From the NCBI GenBank assembly GCA_963711835.1, contig CAVQFQ010000022.1, positions 15,887 through 79,886 on the forward strand: 64,000 nt of DNA, in the 5' to 3' direction. Every line of letters starts with the position of its first letter. Position 1 is the first letter of the stretch. The stretch comes from an uncultured delta proteobacterium (GTDB taxonomy: Bacteria; Desulfobacterota; RBG-13-43-22). The notes under the pieces are model-generated. The model saw only the letters and a program-made list of their open reading frames with translations. It was not told where the DNA came from and did not search any database. Shown here in pieces: positions 63,274 through 64,000 of the stretch. Position numbers and translations under genes: made by a program.

Positions 63274-64000
63274 CGCTTCCCGGCGATCGACAGGAACACG
63301 ATCACGCCGACGACGATCGCCAGCACGAGCAGCGCCACCTTCCACGGGCTCTTGGGATATTCGCCGCGCACGGCGCCGGTGACGCCGTTCATGACGCACT
63401 GGAACGCCCGCGCGCCGTACGTGTACTGCAGCAGCCACACGGGCGCGAGGATGTGCTTGAACGTCTGGGCCGACCAGTCGCTGCGCACGCCGAGGTTGCG
63501 ATAGGTATCGCCGGGGACCCGCGCCGCGCACATCGCCTGACTTCGCGTTCATCGCGTCGCGTGCGCGCTGCGCGGCGCCGACGAGGTCGAGCTGATAGCG
63601 CTCGACGACCCAGCCTGCGACGAAGCCGGGCGCGTACGGCTTCAGCTCTTTGGTCGGAAACGGCTCGATGGCGCGAACGAGCTCCGGATGCACGCCCACC
63701 GAGGCGCACACCAGATCGTCGTCGAAGAAGTGGTCGAGCGAGCCCGCGGCGGGCTCCCAGCGAACGTGCTGGACCTGTCGCATCTGCGGCTTGCCATTCA
63801 CGAGCACGGTCTCTTGCGTGTAGTAGTAATGGCCGGCCTCCGCGGTCCAGTCGGCGTGCACCTGCGCGTCGAAGGTCCAGTACGGCAGGTAGACGCCCTT
63901 CACCGTATCGGTGAGCGCGCGGCGCTTCAACGCATTGGGCGCGAGCCAGAGCTTGCCGTACCACGCGCGAATGTTGTCGCGCGCCTGCTGCTCGCTCACC
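63270..64000 (-). CDS. C-terminal part of a conserved membrane-anchored protein (family usually carrying an N-terminal Zn ribbon), frameshift near 63540
   Basis: GVYLPYWTFD, IEPF...Y..G..VERY, FKHILAPVW, NGVTG.V.GEYPKS.WK plus TM. Confidence 0.7.

Noticed and set aside
60665-63964. Long overlapping ORFs (703, 731, 284 and 191 aa) in the high-GC part
   Set aside because: Arg/Ala/Pro-rich shadow frames; only the tail of 61078-63273 is the real oxidoreductase C-terminus
60990-64000. High-GC horizontally acquired island
   Set aside because: No mobility genes, both flanking genes cut midway and an adapter-like motif at the join; an artefact is more likely

Overview
Positions 1 to ~60,910 are moderate-GC chromosomal DNA of a Desulfobacterota/deltaproteobacterium-like anaerobe; the taxon is inferred from gene content. 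Housekeeping genes include the rpsB-tsf-pyrH-frr-uppS-cdsA-dxr-rseP-tsaB cluster, tilS, trpB2, thrC, ttcA, rlmH and iorA. There is also a sigma54-driven type IV pilin, an MSHA-like pilus/secretion locus, a GlrK/QseG/GlrR-like three-component system and a purine-salvage operon (NUDIX-PNP plus two MtaD-like deaminases). A ~2.1 kb AT-rich island lies between two 320-bp direct repeats that each hold a complete tRNA-Lys(CTT). It carries a DUF3467-like + HicB-like + HicA-like module, an orphan BrnA-like antitoxin behind a BrnT stub, and an IS200 remnant. Several non-coding palindromic repeat families occur, including a conserved long-hairpin core present three times inside different terminal inverted repeats. 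At ~60,910-60,990 there is a noisy nanopore-adapter-like sequence, after which the DNA switches abruptly to high GC, most likely a chimeric read. The many single-base frameshifts are probably long-read errors. All family assignments come from motifs recognised by eye; no searches were run.
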